Below are positions 32,901-49,289 of a stretch of 64,000 bases of DNA, one piece after another. Position numbers and translations under genes: made by a program. Each line of letters starts with the position of its first letter. Within the stretch, counting starts at the first letter, position 1. The notes beneath the pieces are model-generated. The model was not told where the DNA came from, did no database searches, and was given only the letters and a program-made list of their open reading frames with translations. The DNA lies in the NCBI RefSeq assembly GCF_009914755.1, contig NC_060936.1; one strand, written 5' to 3'. This stretch comes from the human T2T-CHM13v2.0 reference genome, Homo sapiens.

Positions 32901-33664
32901 GATCTAGGCCACTCTCAAGTCCAGGCACTCTGGTCCTTCAGTATGTGGATGATTTGCTTTTGGCTACAACTTCAGAAGCCTCAGGCCAGCAGGCTGCTCT
33001 AGATCTCTTGAACTTTCTAGCTAATCAAGGGTACAAGTCGTCTAGGTTGAAGGCCCAGCTTTGCCTACAGCAGGTCAAATATCTAGGCCTAATCTTAGCC
33101 AGAGGAACCAGGACCCTCAGCAAGGAATGAATATAGCCTATACTGGCTTATCCTTGCCCTAAGACATTAAAACTGTTGTGGGGGTTCCTTGGAATCACTG
33201 GCTTTTGCCAACTATGGATCCCAGGATGTAGTGAGAGGGCCAGACCACTCTATACTCTAATCAAGGATACCCAGGGGGCAAATACTCATCTAGTAGAATG
33301 GGAACCAGGGGCAGAAACAGCCTTCAAATCCTTAAAGCAGGCCCTAGTACAAGCTCCAGCTTTAAGCCTTCCCACAGGACAAAATTTCTCTTTATACGTC
33401 ACAGAGAGAGCAGGGTTAGCTCTTGGAGTCCTTACTCAGACTCGTGGGACAACCCCACAACCAGTGGCATACCTAAGTAAGGAAATTGATGTAGTAGCAA
33501 AAGGCTGGCCTCACTGTTTAAGGGTAGTTGCGGCGGTGGTTGTCTTAGTGTCAGAGGCTATCAAAATAATACAAGGAAAGGATCTCACTGTCTGGACTAC
33601 TCATGATGTAAATGGCATACGAGGTGCCAAAGGAAGTTTATGGCTATCAGAAAACCACCTACTT
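29998..33664 (+). mobile_element. HERV9/ERV9 5' half: partial LTR12 (U5, to about 30310), PBS, leader, decayed gag, deleted pro, RT-tether of pol
   Basis: LTR12 repeats gagctgtaacactcac; PBS tggcaaccacgaagggg at about 30312; gag [23 protein letters not shown]; RT LDFKDAFF and Y(V)DDLLLA; QPVAYLSKE. Confidence 0.9.
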
Positions 33665-34230
33665 CCCTACAATAAAGGCTCATGTGTGGCGAGATTGGGG
33701 TATAAGGAGACTTTGTAACTCTCGTTCAGTATATATGGACATGGGAGGTGCTAGAAAGGAGTGAAAGCATAGTTCTTTCAGAGTGCTGTTTAGGCATCAA
33801 TACCCTGTGTAATCACAGATGAAAAAAAAATGCCTGAAGTTAGGTGAAACCTGGGGTTACTGATATACAGGACTGACATCAGAAGGTGTTCTTATTGACA
33901 GCCATGCTGAAGTTTATGCACGTGAGATTTGAGGCCTGTGTGGCTGGTAAATTGGTGACTATGGGACTGATTGATTTGGTGATGTTTAGTACTGGGGTGG
34001 ATAAGTTCCACTGTCCAGGGACAGGGACTGGGACATACATTGAAAATGCAAGGGGAGACACATCCAGCAGTTGGTTGGATTACCAGGAGAGGCTTCTTGT
34101 ATTCCTGTAAGGGTGGTGTTAAAGAGGCTCCAGAGATGAGAATGAGAGTTAAGGGCTTCCTGTAGCCTGGAAAGGTCTAATTTCTTGTATGGACTGGGAG
34201 TACTGGAGGGCTGGACTAAGTTTTTAATTT

Positions 34231-35533
34231 TGTGGGGGAAAAGAAAGAGAGATCAGACTATTGCTGTGTCTATGTAGAAAGAAGTAGACATAAGAGACTA
34301 TTTTCTTCTATTGTTTGAAATAGCATGATTAGATTTTTTGTAGAGACTCTAACTCCCCCTCTTTTTCAAAGAATTTTAATAGAGCTGAGATAAGAGGCAT
34401 ATTTACTTTTAGTTTGCTCTATTGCTACCTTAGGTCCTTCTGATCACACAAGCTTACCGCAAGGCTGACTGTAGATGTATTCAGGAATCTCTCGTTGACT
34501 TGTCCTCAATGACTACACTCGAGCGTACCTTCACCTTAGAGAAAAGCCCCACGTTGGGTGCCAGATGAAGGGGTTGCCTGCCTCTCCACACCTGTGGGTG
34601 TTTCTCATTGGGTGGGATGAGAGACCGAGAAAAGAAAGAGACACAGAGACAAAGTATAGAGAAAGAAATGTGGGCCTAGGGGACTGGCGCTTAGCATATG
34701 GAGGACCTGCACCGGCACTGGTCTCTGAGTTTCCTCAGTATTTATTGATCATTATCTCTACCATCTCAGAAACGGGGATGTGGCAGGACAATAGGGTAAT
34801 AGTGGGGAGAGGGTCAGCAGGAAAACATGTGAACAAATGTCTCTGTGTTATAAACAAGGTTAGAAAAGGTGCTGTGCTTTGATGTGCACATACATAAACA
34901 TCTTTGGTGCATTAAAGAGCAGTATTGCTGCCAGCATATCTCACCTCCAGCCTTAAGGTGGTTTTCTCTTACCTCAGTAGAGGGAACATACAATCGAGTT
35001 TTACACAGAGACATTCCATTTCCTAGGGACCAGCAGGAGACAGATGCCTTCCTCTTATCTCAACTGCAAAGAGGCTTTCCTCCTTTACTAATCCTCCTCA
35101 GCACAGACCTTTTACAGGTGTCAGGCTGGGGGATGGTCAGGTCTTTCCCTTCCTATGAGGCCATATCTCAGACTATCACATGAGAAGAAACCTTAGACAA
35201 TACCTAGCTTTCCTAGGCAGAGGTCCCTGTGGCCTTCCGCAGTGTATTGTGTCCTTAAGTACTCGAGATTAAAGAGTGGTGATGACTTTTAACAAGCATA
35301 CTGCCTTCAAGCATTTGTTTAACAAAGCACATCCTGCATGGCCTTAAATCTATTGAACCTTAAGTCAACACAGCACATGTCTCTGCGAGCACAAAGTTAA
35401 AGGTAAGGTTACAGATTAACAGCATCTCAAAGCAGAAGAATTTTTCTTAGTACAGAACAAAATGGAGTCTCTTATGTCTACTTCTTTCTACATAGACACA
35501 GTAACAGTATGATCTCTCTTTCTTTTCCCCACA
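34231..35533 (-). mobile_element. HERV-K(HML-2) fragment: 968-bp LTR5 (34566-35533), PBS-Lys (34546-34563), leader and gag start, capped by an inverted roughly 70-bp U3 start (34231-34299, + strand)
   Basis: Both ends read tgtggg(g)gaaaagaaagagagatca inward; PBS tggcacccaacgtggggc; gag remnant QTKSKYASYLSSIKIL*KRGGVRVSTKNLIMLFQTIE. Confidence 0.9.
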
Positions 35534-36895
35534 AATATCTTGTTGGATATGCCATTCTTTAGCCTCATCTTGGAGGCCCCCTCAGTCAGACATACCTATA
35601 TGGGTATAATATGTCCAACAAGCATTGGCCCCCCATTTCTCAGGGCAGTCAGATCAGATCATTTTTCCTTGGCGATATGTACGGCCATTGTGAGAACAGA
35701 GAGAAGCAGTTTTACAACATTTTGTTCTCATGTAAGTATACACGGCAAAAGATGTGGGTGCTTGGAAGGGGCTACCTAATCCCCAAGAGTTTCTGAGGGA
35801 ATGCTGGTTGACTCCCCCAAGGGAGGCACACTGACATGGGGGGTGTGTTGCAGTTGGAGAAAGGGACATAAGTACGAAGAGGATGGCAGGAAACGTAAAA
35901 GGAGTCAAGACGTGTTGTAGGTGGAATGGTCGTAGGAAAGAGGAGGGAAAAAGGAGTAAATTGCTGTTAGAAGGAAGGACGATAGAAGAAGGGTTGATGT
36001 GATAACCTGATGTGATTAAGATTTTTGTCTCGGCTGGAGCTACAGTATATAATCCTACTGCAAAAAGTGTAGTTACTGTACTGCTTAATAATGTAATGAA
36101 GCAGTAGAAGGATTCCATTAAAGAGAGCAAGGGGAGATGTCAAAGATCAGTAGGTTTTCTACTTATCCTCCTTTAGGTAGAAAAAAGTTCCTTTTCAGGA
36201 TTAACTGCAGGAGTTTTTCTGCTCAGAGGTTTTTCTTTCCGAAATATGAGATGCAGATCCTCTGGTGGCTGACAGGTGTATCGAGGCTGGTCTGGCTGAC
36301 TTCGTGACTCCTGAGGTGATGATCCTACAAGTTCCTCAGGAGGTGTCCAAGGTTTGACTCAGGTGTGGTGAATCCAGGATTCCACTCCTACTACTTTAAC
36401 TGCAGTGGGGGTAGAGAGGATTACTGAGTATGGTCCTTCCCATAAGGATCCATAGATGGAGACGTAGACAGGAGAGACTTGGCCAATACTAGATCTGATT
36501 GAAACAACTCTATTCCTTTTTCCCTGTCACACTTTTCAAGTAAAGTTTTAAGATTCTGTTGATATTTTGCCAGAGAAGTTATATCTTTGACTAAATTGGC
36601 CATTTCCTGATCAAGCAGGAGGTCATTTGTGAGAAAAGGCCATCCATATAGCATTTCATATGGACTGGGCCCCATTCTGTGAGGGGAGTTTCGAATTCTT
36701 AATAAGGCCATGGGCAAGAAAGTGGGCCATGGGAGATGAGTTTCTTGTGTTAGCTTTCTCAAATGCCTCTTAAGTGTTTCATTAGCCTTTTTGACTTTTC
36801 CTGAGGATTGTGGCCTTCAAGCACAGTGAATGTGATATTGTATTCCTAGTGCCTTGGAAATTCCTTGAGTTATTGTAGCTTTAAAAGCTGGTCCA

Positions 36896-37197
<302 letters not shown>

Positions 37198-37853
37198 AAA
37201 AGCTGGTCCATTGTCACTCTGTAAGCTTTGGGGAAGTCCAAATCTAGGAATTATTTCATGAACTAAGACTTTAACCACCTCTTGGGTCTTTTCTGTTCTA
37301 CAAGGGAAGGCTTCCACCCAATTTGTAAAGGTATCAACACAGACCAGTAAGTACTGAAATCCTCCTGACTTTGGCATATGGGTAAAATCTAACTGCCAGT
37401 CCTCTCCAGGATAATGTCCTGTTCTTTGTCTGCCTGGAGAGGCCTTATGATGGGCTAAGGGGTTATACTTCTGGCACACTTCACAGGCTTTCATTACTTG
37501 CCGGATGGTTTTGAGAGGTTTGACCCCATAAATAGGGATGTGGCCATCTTATGGGTACTTTCAATACCCACATGAAAAGTTTGGTGGAGAGTTTTAAGTA
37601 TTTTCACTGGCTGGCTTCAGGTATGACCACCCTTCCTTCCTCTGTTGTTAGCCACCCTGAGGGGAGAAAACTATGTCCTTGTGAAAGTCCCCAATTCTGG
37701 TTCAGTTGGGGAATACTGGGGCTTAACTTCCTGGAGGGGGTTGCTCCATACCAGGGGTCCTTCCATGGGTATTTCTGGAGGAAAGTCCCGCCTGGCAGCA
37801 AGTTTGGCCTCAGCGTCTGCTTGGCGGTTTCCTCCTGCTTCCTCTCCTTCACC

Positions 37854-38318
37854 TTTTTATTTTTTATTTTTTTATACTTTAAGTTCTAGGGGACATGTGC
37901 ACAACATGCAGGTCTGTTACATGTGTATACATGTGTCATGTTGGTGTGCTGCACACATTAACTTTCATTTACATTAGATAGATCTCCTAATGCTATCCCT
38001 CCCCCCTCCCCCCACCCCACGACAGGCCCCAGTGTGTGATGTTCCCCACCCTGTGTCCAGGTGTTCTCATTGTTCAATTCCCACCTATGAGTGAGAACAT
38101 GCAGTGTTTGGTTTTCTGCCTTTGTGATAGTTTGGTCAGAATGATGGTTTCCAGCTTCATCCATGTCCATACAAAGGACATGAACTCATCCTTTTTTATG
38201 GCTGCATAGTATTCTATGGTGTATATGTGCCACACTTTCTTAATCCAGTCTATCTTTGTTGGACATTTGGGTTGGTTCCAAGTCTTTGCTATTGTGAATA
38301 GTGCCACAATAAACATAT
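37854..38318 (-). mobile_element. L1PA 3' end, joined to an Alu right arm (about 38326-38440, + strand)
   Basis: tatactttaagttctagg..catgtgcacaac; ORF2 C-terminus MFIVALFTIAKTWNQPKCP. Confidence 0.9.
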
Positions 38319-39088
38319 GTAAAGACAGGAGGATCCCTTGAGCCAAGGAGTTTGAGGGTGCAGTGAGCCATGATTGCACCACTGCAATCCAGACTGGGCC
38401 ACAGAGCAGCATGCTGTCTCAAAAAAAAAAAAAAAAAAGAAAAGAAAAGACTTTTGTAGTAAGGAACATTTAAAATTTGTGTGTGTTTGTGTGGGGGACA
38501 CACTATAAATCAATTGACCCATTAAAATAATGGACTAGTAGTTAAAAATATATTGTTTAAAAGGACAAATAATAAGGCAATCATGATGTCTCATATGAAA
38601 ATCAAGACTCAAGTTGACAAGTAAAACATTTAACACCCAATTAAACTCAACATCAGCAACGTTTAATTTCAGCAAAACATTATCTGTTACATTAAAATTG
38701 TTAATTTGTATTTTATTAATGTTATAGTTTTATTTGTATTTAGTTTGTAATTTTGTTTAGGTTGTATAAAAACATTGAATTTATAGCTAAATATTATAGA
38801 ACATTATATTTGCATGTATCCAAGTAGCATTATTGAAAAACTCATTTGGATAAACATTGAGATTTTAGGAGTTCCTTTAAAAGAGTTCTGTACATAACTA
38901 CATTTAAGAAACTCCCTCATGACAATTCCATGAGATAGTTACTATTATCCACATTTTGCAGATGAAGATACTGAGACTTAACAAAAATAAGTAAAATTGT
39001 CTACGGTTATGAGTGTAGCAAGATACCAGTGAAGCTGAAACTTGAACCCAGGTTTGCCTAAATTCAAAGTCTGTGCTGCCTCATTTAC

Positions 39089-39163
39089 AGGGAAAGATGG
39101 TACTGGAGCCCCCGGAATAGGTGGTGTGAGGGCCTCTGAAGGTCAGAAGGCAACCTGGGCTTC
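39089..39163 (-). pseudogene. Candidate 75-nt exon (phase 0-0)
   Basis: Long pyrimidine tract ending ataccag|; EAQVAF* (compare SRCR EA.VACR); donor |gtaaat. Confidence 0.5.
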
Positions 39164-39442
39164 CTGGTATTCAAAAGACAGGAACAAGTGTAAAAGAGGG
39201 GAAGAGGTCTCAGAAAGCAAGATGAGACATAGTTCTTGGCCAAGTGTCCTCCTGGCAGCCCACAGACACCTGAAGATTCAGTCATTCCTCTTCTACGAAC
39301 CCCTGTGCTGGGGACTAAGGATACAGAGACAATAAGACTGTGCCTTCCTAGTCTTCAAAGAGTTAATGGTGTTGCTACTAACTTAGAGGATGTGTGCTCG
39401 AGAGAGGACTCATTTGAAAGTCTGCAAATTCCCAATGTTTAC

Positions 39443-39532
39443 CCACTGCCCATGTTCACTGAAAGTTATTCCAGTTCAGCTTTTTCAGTCCAGCTGAGCA
39501 ATGAACTCCACCTAAATTCTGCCCCTCCTCTG
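39443..39532 (-). pseudogene. Candidate 90-nt exon (phase 0-0)
   Basis: ttttcttcttctactttgttttatag|; QRRGRI*VEF...EHGQW (compare GRVEV); donor |gtaaac. Confidence 0.5.
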
Positions 39533-40294
39533 CTATAAAACAAAGTAGAAGAAGAAAAATGTAGAAGTGGCAAAGAGATCCATTGAGTAACCCATCCAAG
39601 AAATACATGTGGCAGGTCTGTCATAGTAATGGAGTGATGCTGGGTATTGTGGGGCACAGATAATTCGGTTCTTGCTCTTCAAGGATTGTTTATTAATAGT
39701 AACAATAACAGCAGCTAATACTAAGATGAGGCGTACATATGCGAAACACTGTTCTAAGTGCTTTACATTGATTAACTCATTTAATCCTCATAACTGATCT
39801 TTGAGGTAGATATTATTACATCCATTTAACTGAGCCACAGAAAAGTTAAATATTCATCCGGGATCACACACACTAGTAAGGGCAAGGCTAGGATCGGCAT
39901 CCTGGCAGTCTGCTCCAGAGCCTGCCATGCTCTCACCTACTGCACTACAGTGGGGGCTGAATGTCCATTGGCTTCATTCCCCCTGGGTGGGTAACAGCTG
40001 GGAGTGCCCTGATTGCATTAATTCATACTAAGGTTGGTGGATTTAAAACTTCCAAGGAAAATTTGCATTTTAAAAGCCAAACTTCTCGATCTAAAGGAAT
40101 ACCTGGCAAATCGCTGCAGGACATCTGGTTGAGTTCAGCTTTGTTTCACTCTGCTGAGCCCTTTAAAATGTACCTGCCTGTTTCTGCCCACCCCAATGCT
40201 CCCCCAAACCCTCCCCTTTCCAAAGACAATGCAGGAATTTCCCTATTCTTCAGTGACTCCCTAGAACTGCAGGGTCCACCCCAGAGCACCCTAC

Positions 40295-40444
40295 CTGGCA
40301 GCACTTAACTTGTTTAACAGGAATTGGGTCTGTGAGTAAGGAGGTCCCCAGCGTGCCGAGAAGACTGACCAGGAGCAGCATCAAGATGAAGTAGAGGCAG
40401 TGCTGTACACTGCAGATGAGCAAAAGGCCCTTGCTGTTCTCCAT
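40295..40444 (-). pseudogene. Candidate first coding exon: signal peptide or TM segment
   Basis: MENSKG...LYFILMLLLVSLLGTLGTSLLTDPIPVKQVKCCQ followed by |gtaggg. Confidence 0.5.
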
Positions 40445-40755
40445 GCAGCTCAGGGTGTCTGGAGGCCCACTTGACCCCCAGTCAAAAGAAGCCAACCGCT
40501 AGCCTGAAAGTCAGCCCCCAGAAGGCACCCTTTCAAAGAGGGAGCCCACCAGAGTCACCTGGAAGACGGGTGATGAGACAAACCATCTTCATCCTTGCTG
40601 CCTTGACTATCTGAGTCCCAAATGTGTTCAAAGAATTGTGTCTTTCCTATCTGTCTACACGACACCTCCTCTCCCTGGTTGCTCAGGTCAAAACCCTGAG
40701 CCACCGCTGGTTCCTTTCTATCTTGTCCTGCCACCAATCCACCCATAAATCATGG

Positions 40756-42730
<1,975 letters not shown>

Positions 42731-43799
42731 ATAGCTGCTTTGTACCAAAATAACCACTTTAACTTAACCCCAACCTGATGTTGAAGGAATCAGACACAGG
42801 TATCAAAAATGCTTTTGGTGACATCCTGATTCTACACAGTGACTACTTACAATTTTTTAAAAATTATATTTTCTACAAAATGAATGAGTTACCTGACCAA
42901 AGATCAACAAATACCTGGTCAAATAAGATGAACACCAGTTTACCTGGGGAGATGAATTGTCTTCTATAACATCTTGGTGTTCTAAAAATATGACATAATA
43001 TCATCCTGTATGATTTACTCCTCCTAAATAGAAGTGGCTCAAACTGAGCCTGTTTCCCAGTTGTGGAGATGCCCATAGCCTCACCTTGGAAAAGTGCTCT
43101 GCATGCTGTCACAGGAAAACTAATTTGTGCATTCCTTATACCTGGAGATCATAGGTTGGGTGAAAGTATATAATTAATAGCTCTGTAAAGAGAAAATTTT
43201 GTAAAATCCACAAAAATATATTTAAAATTTATATGTTTTGGTAGATAAACTGACTTAGACACAGAAGTTATGATATATTTGGAAAAACTTGTGATATGAG
43301 AAGAAGCAACATGCTCTCCAATATGGTAAACTAAATACACATTTCAGGCTGAAGAAGAGAAGGAAGCTGTGTTATTAAAAGTAAAGGCAAAAAAACACAA
43401 TTACTTTTGCACCAATTTGTTACAAGAAATGTTAGAATTCTTTTCTGTGTGAAATGCCTTCCTTCACATTTCTGCATTTCAGATTCACTTCAGATTAATG
43501 AAATCGAGAATTTAAAGGGTCATTGATGATCTTAAAACAGAAGGAAAATAGATTCTGTATTCTTCCAGATAATATCTAACAGGAAAGTTAGGTGTGCAGA
43601 ATGTAATGAGAAATACTGCATTTTACTAAATGGAGAAAAAGACAACATTATGGACAATGAATTACTATTTTTTATTAAATTGTGGAATGTAATGACAAAA
43701 TATTTTTTGAATAATCTAACAAGGCCTTTTGGAAGGACATCATTCAGTAGGTGAATATGAACATATCTTTACAGTATCAATATAGACTATCTTGAGAAA

Positions 43800-44560
43800 A
43801 TAGGTGTGAAACAGAACTTCTCTATCATTCTACATATAGAAAATCAGAAATAATCTCCAAGAATGCTATTAGTGTTAATAATTACATCAAAGTTGCAGGG
43901 TACAAGGCCAATATTCAAATGATTGGTTTGTTAATACAAACCAACAGTGAATGATCCAACAAGAAGATGACAAATGTAATCCCACTTATAATAACATCTA
44001 AAATAACTAAATACTTAGGAATAAACCTAACCAAGGAGGTGAAATACTTGTAGAGTGATTAGAAAGAAAGACTACTGAAAGAAAGCAAAGAAGGTAAAAA
44101 TAAGTGAAAAGGCATCCTGTATTCATGGATAGGAAGTCTAAATCTTACTAATACACAATATTACACAAATGATCTACAGACTCAAAACAACTATTATCGA
44201 ACTGGTAATGGCCATGTGTGCAGAAATGGAAAAGCTAATCCTAAAATTATTTTTATGAATTTTCCCATGGCCTCAAATAGCCATGATAACATGAAAAAGA
44301 ATAGTGTTGGAGGACAGACATTCATAAGATTCAAATTTACAACAAAGCCACAGAAATTTAGACAGCATGGTCCTAGCATAAGGGCACCCATTAGAACCCC
44401 TGGGAGAGAAAAGAGAGCCCAGAACTAAATGCACACATACACAGTCAAGTGATCTTCAACAAAGGTGCCAAGAATACACAACTGGGAAAGGAAAGCCTCT
44501 TGAACCAATGATATTGGTAAAACTGCATATTCTTATTCAAAAAAGAAATGGAATGCTGAC
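43800..44560 (+). mobile_element. Old L1 ORF2 fragment
   Basis: aaagttgcagggtacaag, aaatacttaggaataaacctaaccaaggaggtgaaa, tcttcaacaaaggtgccaag. Confidence 0.85.
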
Positions 44561-47500
44561 AATGTGCTCAAGGTTGTGCTTACCCACTCAATTTCCAAGA
44601 CGTTGGAGCTTTTCCAGTGAGCCCAGAGTAAATGTTCATTCTGTCATCCACCCCCAAGGAGAGCTCTTTAAATCAGAAGTAAACAGTAAGGACAGAGAAA
44701 TTAATGTGCTGCTACAAGTCCTAAAAGTTCATAGGGTGAGGGTAAACACTTGGGCATACAGTAGGAGAATTTTGTCTCCAGGATTAAGGAAGCACCGGTG
44801 AGATAGTTGTGTCCTGAAGACTCCTTCCATCACAGATAACATAAAACACCCAACCCAAAACATCTCACACAGAATCCCCATGGGGTGCTAACTAATCCAA
44901 ACCAAAAGCATTGCTATTTTACAGTAGCAGTGGCAGAAAAAAGCCGGTGTTCTCAGAAAAATCAACTTTAAATAATAAAGCAAGAAAAGATGATCACAAA
45001 CACAGCACACTCAAAGCTCCAAGGAGGAAAACTGATGCTGAGGAAAATGCCTCTACATTACACTTGATAATGAATACTGTCATTTTAAAATGTCTTAGGG
45101 TATCAGGTGTCAGTTGGGAGGAGAGTCCCACTGAACACCACCCCCACAAAGAGAATTGTATATGTTGTACATTATGTGTATTGTTAGATTTTCACATCTA
45201 AATTGAGAAGGGAGGAAATCAGGAAAGCAACATTTCTTTAGAAGACAAAGAGAGTGGGTATTACCTGGGCACGATCTTCTTCATCCTTTGATTTCATAGA
45301 TGTTACACTGAAAATTTTCAGGAAATGTTTAAAAGAAACAGAAAAAAGAAAAAAGAAACCTGATTTTTAATAGCAAAATGTTTGAAATGACAATTCAGCA
45401 AAGAAGATATACAGATGGCAAATAAACACATAAAAAGAAGCTTAATATTATTAGTCATTCAGGTAACAAACATGAAAAACATAATGATGTGCACAACACA
45501 CACCCTTCAGAATGACTCAAAATATAAAATAAATGCTGATGCTAAGTGTTTGTGATGACACACAGAGCAACTGGAATTGTCATATACAGCTGCAGAAACA
45601 GAAAATGGTACATATACTTTGGAAAATAATTCAGCAGTTTCCTGATAAAAGAACATAAAGTGGCACAATGAGACTTCTGTGGATGATGAATATCTTAACT
45701 TCCTTGATTACGGTGATGATTTCATATTTGCATATATTTCAAAACTTATCAAATCATACATCTTATATTGTTCAGTTTATTATCTATTAATTATGCCTCA
45801 CTAAAGCTATGGATTACAGGAACAAACATCTAAGACAGTGGCTGGACACAGAGAAAGAAGAAAATGAAATGATGCAGGGTAAAGCGGGAGGACTGAGATC
45901 TTTCACCTTCTGGCAATGAGAATAGCTCAGTTTTAAGCAAGGTGGTAATATAATTAGATCTGAATTTTTAAAAATATATGATTATGATGGCAGAGTAGAC
46001 CATGGTTTTAGGAGGCAGGTTAGCAAGGAAAACACATCTAAGGTTATTGTAGTATATTCCAGATGGGAGACATGGTAACCTGAGCTGGACGAAGGCACAG
46101 GAGAGATGCAGACTCAACAGAAACACTGGGAGTGCCATTCACACTGAGAAAAGTACAGTGGAATAACCCTAGGTCTTTGGCTGAGAGTGTACAATATGTA
46201 AGAGTTCTCATTCTATTTTAACATAAGGTAGATTTCTGAGATGAACATCACTATAACACATCAGTGCTAAACAATACATGCATACGTTACAGTAGGAAGC
46301 ACAAAAAGGCCTATTTATGTAATGGTCCTACCATTACAATCCATTCCATGACGTGCATAATGCATCCCATGATCCTCTGAGGTTGCTGCAGATTACAGAG
46401 TTAAGTCATCAAGGTCACTCCTAGAATGTAATTGGTTTTTGACCTACAAAATAAATAATACTGTTTTAAAGCATCCCCCAAATATTTATTGCATATACTA
46501 AGTGTACAGAAGTGGCAATTGGCCATATTTTTATATAAGCAAAAATATAGGTACTTCTTAAAAGAACTGAGTTTTGTTAAAAGGATAATTATCAATGGCT
46601 ACTGTTTCTTAATTGTTTTTCAAAGTAGATGTCTTTATGGCAAAATACTTTTGTTTTTTCATTTTATGTTTTATAATGTATTTTCAACAGTAATATTTTT
46701 GATAGTGTATGTTTTACAATACCTTCTTCTTTGATGTTTTCTTTGCAGGCCTAAAAGAAAAAAAATTTTTAGGCAAATAGTAAATATGTAGAATATAAAG
46801 AATATCTAAAACTATTGTTTTTTTAAATATAAAAATCTCTGCTTTATAATTTGTTTCTCCTGGTCATAAAGTTTGCAGTTACTATTTTTTGCAGGTAATG
46901 TAAAGTACAATAATTTTTACAGAGGGGATTAAACTATAAAAAGAAAGAGTAGCTTTAGGGACAAAGAAAATATTCTCTTACCACTATTCTAATAATCATC
47001 TAATGAAGAATTCAATTTAGAGCAAGCTTTCTGGCAAACAAAGTGAAAGGACAAACGTAATGTTACTTGCATCATTTGCTAGAAATATACCAGGTATTTT
47101 TATTGCCCTTTTCAATAAAAACAAGTTTTTATCAGCACTTAAACCTATTTGCAAAATATTGCTATGCCCTTATAAGAGGAAAACCTTTTTTTAATGATGC
47201 CATTAGTTAGCCTTTTCAGGACTTACTATGCAAGTACTGTGTGTTATTTTAAGCACTGTACATGTGTTAAACTCATTTTAATTCTCACAACAATTCTGTG
47301 AGGTAGGTAACATATTAGAAATTTTATAAAGGAAGAAACTAGGTACTTGACATCTGCACACACACACAAAAGAAACTAGGCACAAAAAGGCCATGTAACT
47401 CACCCAAGCCCATAGAGTTGGTCAGTAGCAGACCAAACATTCAAACTCAGAAACTCTGGCTCCAAAACCTGTGTTTTGCTGTGAAGGGAAAGTAACATTT

Positions 47501-48963
47501 ATTTTCAAGTGTTTTTAGGCGATATGGTGGCAGATAAATTCATATTATCATCCCATTTCTGGCGATAACTATAAATAACAATTTCTGAATCTTACCATTT
47601 TTTAAATAAAAATACTTTATACCCAGGCAATTTTTAAAATGTACTTTCAATCAACTATAGTTTATGTTTTCTAAAGACTTTGAGCAACAGGATTTTATTC
47701 ATTTACTCAACTGTTTATTCATCATGCAACAAATACTTAATGGGCACACAATACATGTTGATGACACATTTGGTCCAGGGAAATGATTTTGATACTTTAG
47801 AACTTTATAATCTGAAAGTAATAATTCACAACAGGTTGTCAATAGTTTGCCTTACTATTGTACAGAAACAAAATCCTCCCCTTCTCCCTAGAATCTAAAC
47901 CATTATGACGTTGATACACCTGATATTTTCAAGTACCTTACTAAATCATAGCTATTCATAATACTACTGTAAAAGGTATTGTAATATATACACATCCTCA
48001 AGGAATATTTACATTCTATTCAGGGTGGCCTAAGTGTTTGTATGTTTAATATCACATCATTTAAAAAATCTACTATGAGAGTTTAATATTTAGGTTATCA
48101 TTTTCAGGTTCAATTAGACTAGAATATTCCATTCCTGGGCCAATTCTGAAGGAACAACCTCTTAACACACAACTATAAATGAATAAAAGTGCTAAGGACA
48201 ATTAGTTTCCTGTAAGTCTTTAAAAGATAATGCATCAAGCTTTCTAATGTTTAACTTGCAAACAAAATTAAATTTGATAAACACGTCCTTCTCCACTGGA
48301 TCATTCCCATCAGCCTACAAACATGCTCCAAAGGCTTCTATTTTAAAATTACAAACAGAAAATTCCCTTGAATCCCTCATTTTTCTTTGGCTGTCCCTCA
48401 ATGTTGCCTTTCCCTGTAAAAGTTCTCTCAAAAGTTGTGAAAACTAAGTCATGCTCTGTGACTCACCCAGGGTTTCACGGTGACATTTATTGAAACTGCT
48501 CCTTGTCAAAGTCACTAGTCCTCATCTTAATTGATCTTTCAGCAACATTGATACAGCTGAGTATTCTCCCTAGCTTTGGCTGACTACACTATTCTACTTC
48601 CAGAAAAAGGAATCACTGCTAACACTCCTTCAGAGGGAAGTACAGAACTTACAGATGTCACCTTCCTTTCTCATCTATTTCACTTAAACTGCTGTCATCC
48701 TTCAGTTGTAGCAGACCACCACTTAGTAAACTGGCTTTCTCAAATACTGGTGTAATCTCAGATTCTTTTGAGGTTCAGTTTCTATTTTCATTTCCCTTTA
48801 CTTCCTTCATATACAAAGGCAGGACTACCACTTTTAAAAACTCCTTAAAAAGCATAAAATAAAGAAGCATCACACAATCCATTGTGCCTTACGTGAAGTA
48901 GAATGTGGTCTATTCAAAGGGTCCAGGGCAGCTCTAGGCATGATTGGCACTTAACAAAAAGTT

Positions 48964-48968
<5 letters not shown>

Positions 48969-48999
<31 letters not shown>

Positions 49000-49289
49000 C
49001 AGAACCTTGCCCTGTCACCCAGGCTGGAGTGCAATGGCGCGATATTGACTCACTGCAACCTCCGCCTCCAGGTTCAAGAGATTCTCCTGCCTCAGCCTCC
49101 CGAGTAGCTGGGACTACAGGCAAGCGCCACCACGCCTGGCTAATTTTTTGTATCTTTAGTAGAGATGGGGTTTCACCATGTTGGCCAGGCTGGTCTCGAA
49201 CACCTGACCTCGAACTCCTGACCTCATGATCCACCCACCTTGGCCTCCCAAAGTGCTAGGATGACAGGCGTGAGCCACCACGCCTGGCC
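48969..49289 (-). mobile_element. AluS
   Basis: Full Alu with TSD agttagttctt. Confidence 0.95.

Noticed and set aside
33665-36000. Syncytin-like env as a domesticated gene
   Set aside because: Multiple stops and frameshifts, split by the HML-2 insert, and the TM subunit is absent.
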